Notes: generated by a model not told the origin, from the sequence alone. A DNA stretch of 36,741 nt from a bacterium (GCA_040752695.1 JBFMGO010000051.1:1-36741), one strand, 5' to 3'. Shown: positions 15,822 through 25,741, counted from the stretch's first letter. Numbers and translations are program-made.

Positions 15822-17460
15822 ACACTCGACCCTATCCGACGGGAGCGAGAAACAATTCACCTCGAAAGAGGCCACGAAGCAGCAGTCAGCAGCCAAACTG
15901 AAGGCCCTTTTGGTAATCACACCCCTGATTACCGGTGCGGCTGTGATGATGATTGAACTCCTGGGTACGAGGATTATCAGTCCCTATTTCGGAGTCAGTC
16001 TCTACGTCTGGACATCGCTTATTACCGTTACGCTGTTAGCCCTTGCGGGCGGCTACTGGTGGGGAGGCTACATAGCTGACAGGAAAAGAACGGCCAGTTT
16101 TCTGTATTTTTTAATCTTTCTGGCCGGGGCTTTCCTTTTGTTCGTCCCTGTCCTGAAAAAAACCTTTTTGGTTCTCTCCTCTCATCTCGGTCTGAGGTTT
16201 GGCAGCCTGGCAGGTTCGTTTTTGCTATTTTTTCTTCCACTCTTTCTCCTGGGAGCGGTCACACCATACCTGGTCAAGCTCTATGCCCGCGATATGCGCA
16301 CTATTGGTAAGGTCGTCGGCAACCTTTATGCCATTTCCACAGCAGGCAGCTTTGCCGGCACTATCCTGAGCGGCTTTGTATTCATTCCCCATTTCAAAAA
16401 TGAATCGATTCTGTTCTTTATCTCTGCCGCTCTCATCGTTCTGTGCCTGGTTTACTGGCTCTTTTTTCTGGATAAAGGGCACTCTTGCATCTGGCTCTTC
16501 GTGACGGCTTTAGTGCTCCTGCCTGTTCTGTTCATACAAAAGCCTTTCTCGAAGCAGGAAATCGACTCGGTTTTCAAGGGTGCCAGTTTTCATCTTGTTA
16601 CAGAGAAAAACTCCGCTTATGGCCAGATCAAGGTGTTCGACGTGAATAACCGGATCAGGGTTTTAATCCTGGATGGTCTCACGCAAAATGCTGTTGATCA
16701 AATGAGCGGCCTTTCCGTTCATGAATATACCTACGCTCTGCCGCTCATTGCCAGGTCGTATAATCCTGAGGGGAAGACAGCTCTGGCCATTGGCCTTGGA
16801 GCAGGAACTATTCCCTCCGAACTCAGGAGGAACCATTTTACGGTTGACTGCGTTGAAATAAATCCGGTTATGGTCACAGTAGCTCAAAACTACTTTGGCT
16901 TCAATCCCGATGACGTTAACCTTTCCAAACAGGATGCCAGGTTCTTTGTGAGAAATTGCCGCAAAAAGTATGACATGATCTTTCTGGACGCTTTCAATGG
17001 AGACAGCGTGCCTGAGCACCTTCTAACTCTGGAAATGTTCCGTGACCTCAAAAGGCTCATGAATCCCGACGGAGTGTTATGCATAAATTTCTTTGGCTCC
17101 CTGGCCAGGAAACATTCCTTCGGTACCCGTTCCCTGGCCAAAACCTTGAAACAGGTTTTTGCCCAGGTAGTTGCCTTTACCAATCTGCCACCAGAGGAGA
17201 TAGGGGGCAATATCTACTTTCTGGCTACGGAAAATGAGCGAGACCCTGGCGGATTCATTCAGATTGACCGAACTCGCTGCTATTATTCGGTCTATGGCGA
17301 CCTTTGTAAGTTGTGGAATCATAAAATCGATGTAAACAAGGACGCCGATCGGGGTATTGTCCTGACCGATGCTTATAACCCCATCCTTTTCTACGACGCC
17401 AGTACCAGAGAGATGGTCAGGGAAAAAATGCAGGCTCTCCTGGGAGGCATTTTGCTCTAA
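15811..17460 (+). CDS. Fused MFS-like membrane domain / spermidine synthase-like methyltransferase
   Basis: Motifs MMIELLGTRIISPYFGVSLYVWT, GNLYAISTAGS, IGLGAG, VEINP, DAR, IFLDAF and VLTDAYNP. The ATG at 15811 has a GAGGA RBS and overlaps the upstream stop; the longest ORF starts at 15769. Confidence 0.9.
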   Translation: MKSKHSTLSDGSEKQFTSKEATKQQSAAKLKALLVITPLITGAAVMMIELLGTRIISPYFGVSLYVWTSLITVTLLALAGGYWWGGYIADRKRTASFLYFLIFLAGAFLLFVPVLKKTFLVLSSHLGLRFGSLAGSFLLFFLPLFLLGAVTPYLVKLYARDMRTIGKVVGNLYAISTAGSFAGTILSGFVFIPHFKNESILFFISAALIVLCLVYWLFFLDKGHSCIWLFVTALVLLPVLFIQKPFSKQEIDSVFKGASFHLVTEKNSAYGQIKVFDVNNRIRVLILDGLTQNAVDQMSGLSVHEYTYALPLIARSYNPEGKTALAIGLGAGTIPSELRRNHFTVDCVEINPVMVTVAQNYFGFNPDDVNLSKQDARFFVRNCRKKYDMIFLDAFNGDSVPEHLLTLEMFRDLKRLMNPDGVLCINFFGSLARKHSFGTRSLAKTLKQVFAQVVAFTNLPPEEIGGNIYFLATENERDPGGFIQIDRTRCYYSVYGDLCKLWNHKIDVNKDADRGIVLTDAYNPILFYDASTREMVREKMQALLGGILL

Positions 17461-17835
17461 AATAAAGGACTCTCCTTATCTCCCCTGGCCAGTTATTCCC
17501 TAAGTATACATCGCGGTAAATATGCGACCAGATAGATTATCATCCACTCAGCACGTTATTCGTCATTCCCGCGATGTATAAACTTGGAGGCTATCCCAAG
17601 ACTCCTTTTATGGTGAAGGGTTGCACATACCGCCTGAGGTTTTGGGATAGTCTTATAGTATCGATGGTATTCATGAAATTGAGCGGGGAATTCTCTCGAT
17701 CGATACGTACCCATTACCGTTTTTCTCTTCAACCATGGCATACGTATCCACTGGCCAGCGCTTCGAGAATAAGGTTTATGCCCGGTTTCGGATGAAAAAT
17801 GGTATCAGTTGCCTTCCCTGCTCATTTTTTCTCGC

Positions 17836-19392
17836 TTACTGTTTTTTGGCCAGGTCTTTTATGGCTGGTGCATGGATGACCTTCCCGTCATAGTCAAACC
17901 GCGAACCGTGACATGGGCAGTCCCAGCTTTTCTCCGCACTGTTCCAGTTCACCACGCATCCCAGATGAGTGCAGTTGGCTGAAAACGCATGTACCTGTCC
18001 CTGATCGTCTTTATAAGCTGCAATCCTTTCTGCATCCACTTGAACAATTGCACCTTCCCCTTCAGTGAGATCAGCGAAGGATCTCTTTTCGGGGGGATGC
18101 AGCAGATGACCGGTGGTGAATTCCCTGGCAGTATCGAGATTCTGACTGATGAACCTTTTGGCCGAGGTAAACGGGGGAAGACGGCTCGGATCAAAAAGGG
18201 AAATCCATGGATTGTGCCGCTCTAAAATCAGATCAGAGAGGATCATGCCGGCAACCGTACCCAGGGTCATTCCCCATCCGCCAAAGCCTGTGGCGACATA
18301 CAGTTGTCTGGAGAGCAGGGTGAAGGTTCCAATAAAGGGCACCCGGTCTATGGGGATATTGTCCTGGGTTGACCAGCGATAGTCAATAGATTCAACTTCA
18401 AAACGCTCTTTCGCATACTGCTCAACCCGCTGATAATGCAGCGAGGTGTCTTCGCCCTGTCCTGTTTTATGATGTTCACCGCCTACCAGCAGAAACTTTT
18501 CCCCTGATTCCGAGATATAAGAGCGAATAGTATGGTATGGTTCCCCCTCGCTGATGTACATTCCTTCCAGAATCCGGTCTCCTTGCACATGCATGGCCAT
18601 TAAGTAGGCACGCCGTGGATACATCCTTGCGAAATACAGACCGCGGTTGAGGAAGGGGAAATGGGTAGCCACAATGACACTGCCGGCAGTGACCTCACCT
18701 TGCGAAGTCTTGATGTGGTATAAGCCGTTCTTTCTCAAGCTGATCGCCCTGCTCGCTTCAAAAACATAGCTGCCGTTACCCGGTATCGATGCAGCCAGGG
18801 CTAGCAGGTACTTTCGCGGATGGAATTGGGCCTGGTTGGTAAAGCAGATTGCACCCTGGATTCGAAAAGGCAGGGGCAGAGTGTCCGCATATGCGGCCGG
18901 CAGGCCAAGCCTCTTGGCAGCCTTCACCTCGGCCTGAATTTTATCCAGATTCCTCTCATCCTCCGTGTATGTGCAGGCAAAGGTGCGGCTGAAGTCGCAG
19001 GAGATATTCTTCTCTTTAATAGTTGCAGCTATATGCTCGATCGCTGCCTGATTGGCATCGGCATACAGTTGAGCCCTCTCCTTGCCAAAGTGTGAGATCA
19101 GATAGTCGTAAATAAGGGTGTGAGCTGAAGTAATCTTAGCTGTGGTGTGACCGCTGACCCCACTTGCTACACGGTCCGCTTCGATAACGGCAACTTTCAG
19201 GCCTGCCTGTTTCAAAAGTACTGCCGCGGTCAGGCCGGCCATGCCCGCTCCAAGTATGGCCACATCTGCCGCTCTACTTCCCTCCAAAGCCGGATACCCG
19301 GTCTGCATGGTGGTGCTTATCCAGAGTGATTGCGATTTACCTGGCAGTGATTGCCTGCACAGGTTCTTTGGCATCATATGATCAGAATCCAT
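17836..19392 (-). CDS. FAD-dependent oxidoreductase with C-terminal Rieske [2Fe-2S] domain (YhfW-like)
   Basis: Motifs GAGMAG, SGHTTAKIT, QFHPRKY, ATGFGGWGMT and Rieske CTHLGC...WDCPCHGSRF. The true start may be slightly downstream. Confidence 0.93.
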   Translation of the reverse strand: MDSDHMMPKNLCRQSLPGKSQSLWISTTMQTGYPALEGSRAADVAILGAGMAGLTAAVLLKQAGLKVAVIEADRVASGVSGHTTAKITSAHTLIYDYLISHFGKERAQLYADANQAAIEHIAATIKEKNISCDFSRTFACTYTEDERNLDKIQAEVKAAKRLGLPAAYADTLPLPFRIQGAICFTNQAQFHPRKYLLALAASIPGNGSYVFEASRAISLRKNGLYHIKTSQGEVTAGSVIVATHFPFLNRGLYFARMYPRRAYLMAMHVQGDRILEGMYISEGEPYHTIRSYISESGEKFLLVGGEHHKTGQGEDTSLHYQRVEQYAKERFEVESIDYRWSTQDNIPIDRVPFIGTFTLLSRQLYVATGFGGWGMTLGTVAGMILSDLILERHNPWISLFDPSRLPPFTSAKRFISQNLDTAREFTTGHLLHPPEKRSFADLTEGEGAIVQVDAERIAAYKDDQGQVHAFSANCTHLGCVVNWNSAEKSWDCPCHGSRFDYDGKVIHAPAIKDLAKKQ

Positions 19393-19732
19393 CCCGGTTC
19401 CCTTCCCTTCTCTTACTCTTTTTAATCACTTGCCTATCAATGAGAAGATCGGCATCTACCGAAAATCCCGCTCATAGAATTCTACCACTCCTTTTTCGTA
19501 ATCCTTTCGGAATAACTACCAACCAGTAGTTCTTTCAGGCAGGATACCGAAGGTACTGCCCCCTCGTGACGGTACGTCTATGAGACGATACTGCCACTCT
19601 TAGTTGGAAGGGAATAAGCTGTGCGCGGTGCGTAATGCGCGGTGTAATTTCGACCCGTGCCTTGTGCACCCCGCGCTTTTTCAAGTTTTCGCAAGAGGAG
19701 GTTTTTAACGATAGGTTTCTCTTTAGTACCGC

Positions 19733-19942
19733 TCAATCCACGGCGACCAGGACGCTGGTTGATTTTATAATGGCGTAAACCTCTTTCCCCTCAGCAAGTT
19801 CCAGATTATCTGCGGATATCTTGGTAATGACAGAGGTAATCTTATTACCCCCCGGCAATTCGATCGTAATTTCTGAATTAACCATACCATGAACGATGCG
19901 GATTATCCTACCCTTTAAGACATTCCGGGCACTTATCTTCAT
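19733..19942 (-). CDS. mop: Molybdenum-pterin-binding protein (Mop, single TOBE domain)
   Basis: MKISARNVLKG...ITSVIT..S...L.L..G..VYAIIKS; AGGAGG RBS. Confidence 0.93.
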   Translation of the reverse strand: MKISARNVLKGRIIRIVHGMVNSEITIELPGGNKITSVITKISADNLELAEGKEVYAIIKSTSVLVAVD

Positions 19943-20130
19943 TTCCCTGTCCTCCTGGCATATTTTTAAGAACCTACAACATACGTTTGAAATTTAATCA
20001 TTACATTACATTTGTAACCACAGACGTTATCGGTTCAGAATTCAGAGTTGGAGTAATGAAATCGAAAATGTCCGCCTTTTCTGGCCCTTAATAAGTGAGC
20101 CGCCGGTCTTAAGGCAGCCGGCTTCCGATC

Positions 20131-20682
20131 TCATTTTGAGCTTGATAATTGACGATCTTTCAATGGATTAAGCATAAAAAAGGTACCAAAAGAGAACCAT
20201 AGAAAATCGTACCATGTTGGAACGGCAACACTCTCAGCTACCAGGAGTCCGCGCATACCAAAGGCAAGGAGGGTAAGGGGCAGGAGTATCCTGAGGTCCG
20301 GAATACCAGCCTTTTTCAACTGATCATTGAGTGTTCCGGAGAATTCCGAGATCCTGCTGGCCGTGAGACTGGGTGAAGCGGCTGAAGAGGCGGGGGAAGT
20401 CAGGCTTGTTTGAAGCTTTTCAAAGTCGATCTCGGGAAAAAGACTGATGAAAGAGTCCGCGAGAGAGAATAGGATGCCGGGCTGGTCTATCTCCTCCGGA
20501 CTATAGTGCAAAAGGATACTGCCGGTAAACAGGTTTGTCTCAACCCGCTGAATTATCTGAACGTTAGAAAGCCGATTCCGGATATTAGCCTCAAGAGCCG
20601 AATTTTGCCTCATCTTGGGTACTTTGATTCGCACCCTGCCAGGAATAGCATGAACAATTTTTATTCCCTCGCTGTTCGTCAT
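20131..20682 (-). CDS. HMA2-like domain protein with C-terminal membrane helices
   Basis: IVHAIPGRVRIK...VETNLFTGSILLHY, followed by hydrophobic DLRILLPLTLLAFG...PTWYDFLWFSFGTF. Confidence 0.82.
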   Translation of the reverse strand: MTNSEGIKIVHAIPGRVRIKVPKMRQNSALEANIRNRLSNVQIIQRVETNLFTGSILLHYSPEEIDQPGILFSLADSFISLFPEIDFEKLQTSLTSPASSAASPSLTASRISEFSGTLNDQLKKAGIPDLRILLPLTLLAFGMRGLLVAESVAVPTWYDFLWFSFGTFFMLNPLKDRQLSSSK

Positions 20683-20901
20683 TCTTGATCTTCCTTTCTG
20701 AGCGTTTCTTCCTTTCCCGCCTGGATCTTTCTCCCTTTCCGAATCTTGCTTCCTTATCTATAGTATTATCCCTTGATGAATATTTTTCCCTTGCCGGGAC
20801 TTTCTTCCTTCTCTGGCTCGTTCCTTCTCTCGATCGCTCCTTCTGTCACTCGACCGCACGCGATCTCGTATCCTGAACCGTTGAACGTGGTTCTCTGAAT
20901 C

Positions 20902-21264
20902 TTATTCCGGCTTCTCTTCTGTTTTCCCGGCAGGGTATGCCTCTTCTTCTCCTCCTGTCGGAGTGGCCGCAGAGACACCTGGTTGCGCGGCAGCGGCAGA
21001 GCCACTCGATTGCACCGCAGCAGCGGCCGGAGCCAGGCTTTCCGCTCTAACTTCGGCCACCAGGTCGCTCAGTTGCTCTCTGGCCTCAGCAGTCATCTCT
21101 TTTACCTTATCCCCGATGGCAATGCCGCTCCTAATAACTGATTTGGCCAGCGGGCGAAGCGCAGCCCCCAGTGCGGGTATGATAATCGGGGCAGCCAGGG
21201 TAACGCCTACTCCGACCATGATACCCGGAATCCAGCCCTTGGACATATCCTTCAGTATTGCCAT
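20902..21264 (-). CDS. DUF5132-like small protein (Gly-rich hydrophobic N-terminus, LRPLAK motif)
   Basis: GIMVGVGVTLAAP..LRPLAKSVIRSG...AEAREQLSDLVAEVRAE; GGGAGG RBS before the ATG at 21264. Confidence 0.8.
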   Translation of the reverse strand: MAILKDMSKGWIPGIMVGVGVTLAAPIIIPALGAALRPLAKSVIRSGIAIGDKVKEMTAEAREQLSDLVAEVRAESLAPAAAAVQSSGSAAAAQPGVSAATPTGGEEEAYPAGKTEEKPE

Positions 21265-21514
21265 GTCAAGCACCTCCCTCTTGAGTCCGAATTGTTCCTC
21301 AAATCCGGTAAGCAAATAATGCTTATCCCTGGTAACGTGATCAGTTGATAACTTTTCATAGAAAAAGACATGGGAATCACTTTATCAGGATTTATATAAA
21401 AATTCAAGTACTATATTTATAATACTCTTATAATGTACAAAAAATAAAGATTAAATATTGTAGTACACGTCACAGGAATTACCTGGCCTGTTATTGGAAT
21501 GGGGCCATGTGTCG

Positions 21515-21542
21515 CCCCTCCCCTTTTACGAAGAGGGGGATA
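21515..21542. repeat. REP-like palindrome, CCCC(T)TT..AAGGGG family
   Basis: CCCCTCCCCTTTTACGAAGAGGGGGATA. Related copies lie at about 25888-25969, 29794-29920, 35161-35222 and 35325-35400. Confidence 0.6.
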
Positions 21543-21554
21543 AAAATATTTCCG

Positions 21555-21827
21555 GGCTATGCAGTTGGCTCGGCAGTGGTAGATCAGCAGACTGGCGGGA
21601 GCACATGGACGCTCCTGGGAACATTCTCTTTTATCGAGGGCACTTCCGGCTACGTCCAGCTCTCTGACCTGGCCAATGGTGCGGTAGTAGCCGATGCGAT
21701 AAAGTTCGGCGATGCCCTGGTAGACTCCCGCATCAGTTGCCCTGCCTGCCATAATGTGCACGGCTCACCCAATCCGGTCATGATCCGCCACGGGGAATTG
21801 ATCAGCACACCGGCTACCCAGAGGTAA
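21555..21827 (+). pseudogene. Fragment of a golvesin/Xly-CBD-like domain followed by a c-type heme motif
   Basis: VDQQTGGSTWTLLGTFSF...YVQLSD...VVADAIKF then CPACHNVHGS. No plausible start, and the frame ends about 20 aa after the CxxCH. Confidence 0.7.
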
Positions 21828-21853
21828 GATCCTTCGCTTCGCTCAGTGATGAT
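21827..21853. repeat. REP-like element (GATCCTTCGCTTCGCTCAG-GATGAC family)
   Basis: AGATCCTTCGCTTCGCTCAGTGATGAT; a partial copy lies at about 22017. Confidence 0.6.
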
Positions 21854-22185
21854 ACTGGGTGTGGTGTGATGCATTACCGGCTGAGCCTCCAGTCTTAACA
21901 GATTGGCAAACTGAGCATGGTCCATAGAATCCCAGTATTGCTCCATAGACTTCATGATGTTCCTATGAACTTCATATCCTCAGATGGCATAGTGACTTAC
22001 GCTTTTCTCTTCTCACGATCTTCGCTTCGACCTCTTTTTTCCTATGGTCTTATTCTCCTGCGCCTTTTTCCCCTTCTTGTCAATGCACCTCGCTAGAGCA
22101 GTATTTGCAGGCAATCTCACCGATTACTCAGATAATTTCAGGTCAGGGCATGAAAGTTGCTCATCTCAAATATGGATCGCGAACC

Positions 22186-22198
22186 TAATTATTTGATT
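22186..22198 (-). promoter_or_regulatory. IHF consensus site
   Basis: Minus strand AATCAAATAATTA is a perfect match to WATCAANNNNTTR. Confidence 0.45.
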
Positions 22199-22239
22199 TA
22201 TTTTTACATAATCACATTGAGATAAGTACTGCAAAATTT

Positions 22240-22506
22240 GGGTACCCGTCGGGAATATCGCGCTAATCCCTCGAAATGCGGGGTAATTCTCGCTGTATTC
22301 GGGTGTCTCTCGGGACAGGGGATAACTTCTTGAGAACTGGATGACTTGCGTGAGAACTGGATGACTGCTGAAGTATTGGGTAATCCTTGCCTTTTTTGGC
22401 ATTGGGTAATTCTAGAAGTAGCGTAACCTTCCTAATTCTAGAAATAGCGGGTACCCTTCGGAGTATTTGATAACCCTCCGATTATATTGAGTAACCATCA
22501 TGATTA
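22240..22506. repeat. Degenerate ~20-bp periodic array (13 units)
   Basis: Unit cores start at 22243, 22264, 22284, 22304, 22323, 22342, 22362, 22381, 22407, 22433, 22452, 22471 and 22492. Approximate consensus GGGTAAYYYTCGRAGTA. Confidence 0.7.
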
Positions 22507-22560
22507 CATGGTTAGGTAGGAATTCTATAATCTTTTGCACTCTGGAAAGGTGGGATAGCC

Positions 22561-23295
22561 ATGATGAGAAGAAAAGGAAGCTGGTCTAAGACAGGATTAA
22601 TGGCATTAGCTTTTGGGCTTGTGTTAATGGCGGCAATACCGAGCCGGGGAAGTGACGATATCTGCAAATTATGTGATGAATCCAGTGTAAAAATTGGATT
22701 CGGAAGCAGCGCCACCTCGCATGAGAAATGGTACGATTTAAGCCCCGTTTTTAGACTGGGTAATCAGATCATGGTGCATACGAACAATCCATGGGACAGG
22801 CCCGACAAACCCAATATAACCATCTATGCATCCTTCGATCTTCAGCAGAATATTAAGCTTCATCCCCAGGATAATGCCTGCCCCTGCGATGATCAGGGCC
22901 ACAGAGCCACGCTCTCTGCCGCGGAGTATCATCTCACTATTGGCACTGAAGTTCAGGCGCTGGCTGCCAGGTTGCGGGCTGACGGCGTACCCAAACAATT
23001 GTGGTCTGAGCTGATGGGACCTTATGTATACAGGGTTGATATCCTCGCTCCGGATTACGGTCTGTCCGCCACCACTTTACTCAGTTTAACCCATGCGGCC
23101 AACTATGCCATTGGCAAGGCCCAGGTTGATCATTATCGGATGGACGACAATGAACGGGCAAGGGTTTGCAACTATGCAGGCACTATAAGTCAAGAAGGTG
23201 CTGAGATAAAAGGTGCAGATGCCAGCCGCCGGACGTCATCCTCTTCGGTCATGACCTATGGGAAGTCCTCGCCTCTTATGGCTCTAATTAAGTAG
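22561..23295 (+). CDS. Secreted hypothetical protein
   Basis: 244-aa ORF with a basic + hydrophobic signal peptide, AAAGGTGG RBS and TATAAT at 22526-22531. No recognisable family. Confidence 0.8.
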   Translation: MMRRKGSWSKTGLMALAFGLVLMAAIPSRGSDDICKLCDESSVKIGFGSSATSHEKWYDLSPVFRLGNQIMVHTNNPWDRPDKPNITIYASFDLQQNIKLHPQDNACPCDDQGHRATLSAAEYHLTIGTEVQALAARLRADGVPKQLWSELMGPYVYRVDILAPDYGLSATTLLSLTHAANYAIGKAQVDHYRMDDNERARVCNYAGTISQEGAEIKGADASRRTSSSSVMTYGKSSPLMALIK

Positions 23296-23456
23296 TATGG
23301 TACTGATTACGTGGTCTGGCACTGATTAAGTAGCCTGGCTTGTTGCTTTTTTTGCTTTTTGAGCATGGACATCTTGCAGTTGTGAATGAGCACCCTGGAA
23401 TTGAAGAATGAGCACTTTGCATTGAGCATGGGCATCTTTCAAGCAGGAACATCTGC

Positions 23457-25049
23457 TTACAGGGGATAAATTACCACCCTGCGATATGGCTCTACGCCCT
23501 TGCTTTCCGTAGGGAGACCATAGCGCTCGGCGAGCTGATGCTGAAGACGGCGCACGTAATTGCCCTGTGGGGAGAGTTCCACGGGATGCCCGTGCTCAAA
23601 CACTTCCCCGATAGCTGCCTCTGCTTCCTGCATGGCAGCCTGATCCCTGTTCGGGTGACCGCCATTGCCAAAACCGAAGAGTGATCGCAGGAAGTGTTCG
23701 ATATGGGTCACGGTGTTGCTTTTAATAATGTGAACGGGGAGTCCGCGCATCTGTGCCTCGTGCAGGCGTTTGGGCTGCCCCCTTTTTGGTGACTTCAGGA
23801 TCACAACCAGGTCTGCCTCATCAATGGTATTTACTATCAGTGCCGGCATCCTGAACTTGTGAATGGCCCGCAGCAGCCGACTCCGGCTCACCGCATAGGG
23901 ATAGATCCGTATGTTCCTTACGTTTTTTCCTGCTTTCCTTGGCATCCGGTATTCAGGCATCGGGGCGGCTGCGGGTTGCTCCTGCGGCAGGTGAACCGGC
24001 ATGGAGGATTCGGCCTGTAGCATGGGCTTGATGATCTCGATTTCGCCATCTTCCTTGCGTACTCTGAGCTCAGGATCGATTATCACACCCCGAAGGAAAT
24101 CATCCACCACCTCGGCGAGGTTGTGGTGTATGGCCAGCCGGTCCTTTTCCTGGATTTCAACGAGAACGTCAAAGGTTGGGGGCGCTTTGCGCTCCAAAAC
24201 CGTCTTCTGGGTGCCGCGACGCCTGGCCTCTTCATCGGACAGGGTAACCGCCTGAATACCGCCGACCAGGTCAGAGAGCGTGGGATTTTGCAGGAGATTT
24301 GCAAGACTGTTCCCATGCGCAGTGGCAATGAGCTGCACTCCCCGCTCGGCAATGGTCCTTGCAGCCATGGCCTCGGCCTCGGCACTGATCTCATCGATCA
24401 CGATCACTTCGGGCATGTGGTTTTCCACAGCCTCGATCATCACGGCATGCTGCCTGTCAGGAGAAGGAACCTGCATACGCCGTGCGCGGCCAATCCCGGG
24501 GTGGGGAATATCGCCATCACCGGCTATCTCGTTGGAGGTATCGACAATAATTACCCGTTTACCCAGGTCATCTGCCAGCACCCTGGCTGCCTCCCGAAGA
24601 ATCGTGGTCTTGCCTACACCGGGCCGTCCCAGGAGCAGAATGGACGCGCCGCTCTCAATCACGTCCTGCAAAATGTCCACAGTACCGAAAACAGCTCGCC
24701 CGACGCGGCAGGTCAGACCGATAATCCTGCCTACCCGGTTGCGGATCGCCGAGATGCGGTGCAAGGTCCTCTCGATGCCAGCCCGGTTATCTTCCCCAAA
24801 TTTCCCGATCCCCGCCACTACATGGTCAATGTCCTCCCGTGAAACATTTTCAACGGGCAACTCCTTCATGCGATCCAGGAACCTCATCTCCGGCGGTCTT
24901 CCCAAATCAAGCACAATCTCAAGCAAAAGATCCCCCTGCTCTTTGAATTCGATTGCCTTCCGAATGGCCGGGGGCATCACACCAAGCAAGAGATCCAGTT
25001 CATCCGTGACACTTATTTGCCTTCCAGCCAATCCTTTCTTTGCCTCCAT
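23457..25049 (-). CDS. Ycf45 / SpoIIIAA-like AAA ATPase with C-terminal R3H domain
   Basis: EIVLDLGRPP, TLHRISAIRNR, Walker A GRPGVGKT, DTSNEIAGDG, Walker B VIVIDEI, TAHG, and R3H RRLQH...S.GVEPYRRV. Confidence 0.93.
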   Translation of the reverse strand: MEAKKGLAGRQISVTDELDLLLGVMPPAIRKAIEFKEQGDLLLEIVLDLGRPPEMRFLDRMKELPVENVSREDIDHVVAGIGKFGEDNRAGIERTLHRISAIRNRVGRIIGLTCRVGRAVFGTVDILQDVIESGASILLLGRPGVGKTTILREAARVLADDLGKRVIIVDTSNEIAGDGDIPHPGIGRARRMQVPSPDRQHAVMIEAVENHMPEVIVIDEISAEAEAMAARTIAERGVQLIATAHGNSLANLLQNPTLSDLVGGIQAVTLSDEEARRRGTQKTVLERKAPPTFDVLVEIQEKDRLAIHHNLAEVVDDFLRGVIIDPELRVRKEDGEIEIIKPMLQAESSMPVHLPQEQPAAAPMPEYRMPRKAGKNVRNIRIYPYAVSRSRLLRAIHKFRMPALIVNTIDEADLVVILKSPKRGQPKRLHEAQMRGLPVHIIKSNTVTHIEHFLRSLFGFGNGGHPNRDQAAMQEAEAAIGEVFEHGHPVELSPQGNYVRRLQHQLAERYGLPTESKGVEPYRRVVIYPL

Positions 25050-25741
25050 AGTATTGCAGAAGAGAATGCGGCATTTTTTGGACCTCGCCTATGCTCATGC
25101 TTTCTTTCACATATTCTATTCTTCATGTGCTGTTCCTCATGCGCTGTTCTCCGTACGCTCTTCTCCATACGCTGTTCCTCATGCTCTATAATTTATGTAC
25201 ACTTGTTATACACGCCTTATCCATATGCTTTGTTTCAACTCCCGCACGCAGCGACTGATTATCGAAAATCCAAAAGAAAGGCTCGATCAGCACTCGATAT
25301 GATCCATAGTCAATGTTTCGGACGGAATCTTGAGGAATATTGCTTCTTAAGGCTTGGGATACTTTCATGACCATGAGCCACTCAGTCTGAATCTTCCTTA
25401 TGGGGAATTATACGTTCAATTTTTTATATATATCAAAGAGATATTTCTCTGTCAAGAGAATTGGCCATTGCTCAGGCAGCGAAACTATATCCTGAAGATG
25501 GAGAGCACCTGGAAGATGGAGAGCACCCGATTAATGAAATTAATTAGGTTGAGAAATTGTCAATCTTGATGTATGCTGAATAAAGGTCTTGGGCACGCGG
25601 GGTGACACGCGGGATGAGGTGATGCAGGTGACTCAAAAGGGCCGCTTCCAGAAGCGGTGTTAAGTTATATGCGCTGCATATAATGCTTTGTATTCCTCAG
25701 GTATCTTGCAGCATATTCTGGTGCTTGCGGTATAGGAGGAT

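Noticed and set aside
17461..17835. Short ORFs or a possible gene remnant between convergent genes
   Set aside because: No recognisable motif in any frame and multiple stop codons.
19943..20130. ModE box or Moco riboswitch upstream of mop
   Set aside because: No convincing match to either consensus.
24123..25191. Long + strand ORFs (239 and 303 aa), and similar shadow ORFs over the sulfatase, bshC, EEP and GT-C genes
   Set aside because: They are antisense or alternative-frame shadows of well-supported genes and carry no motifs.
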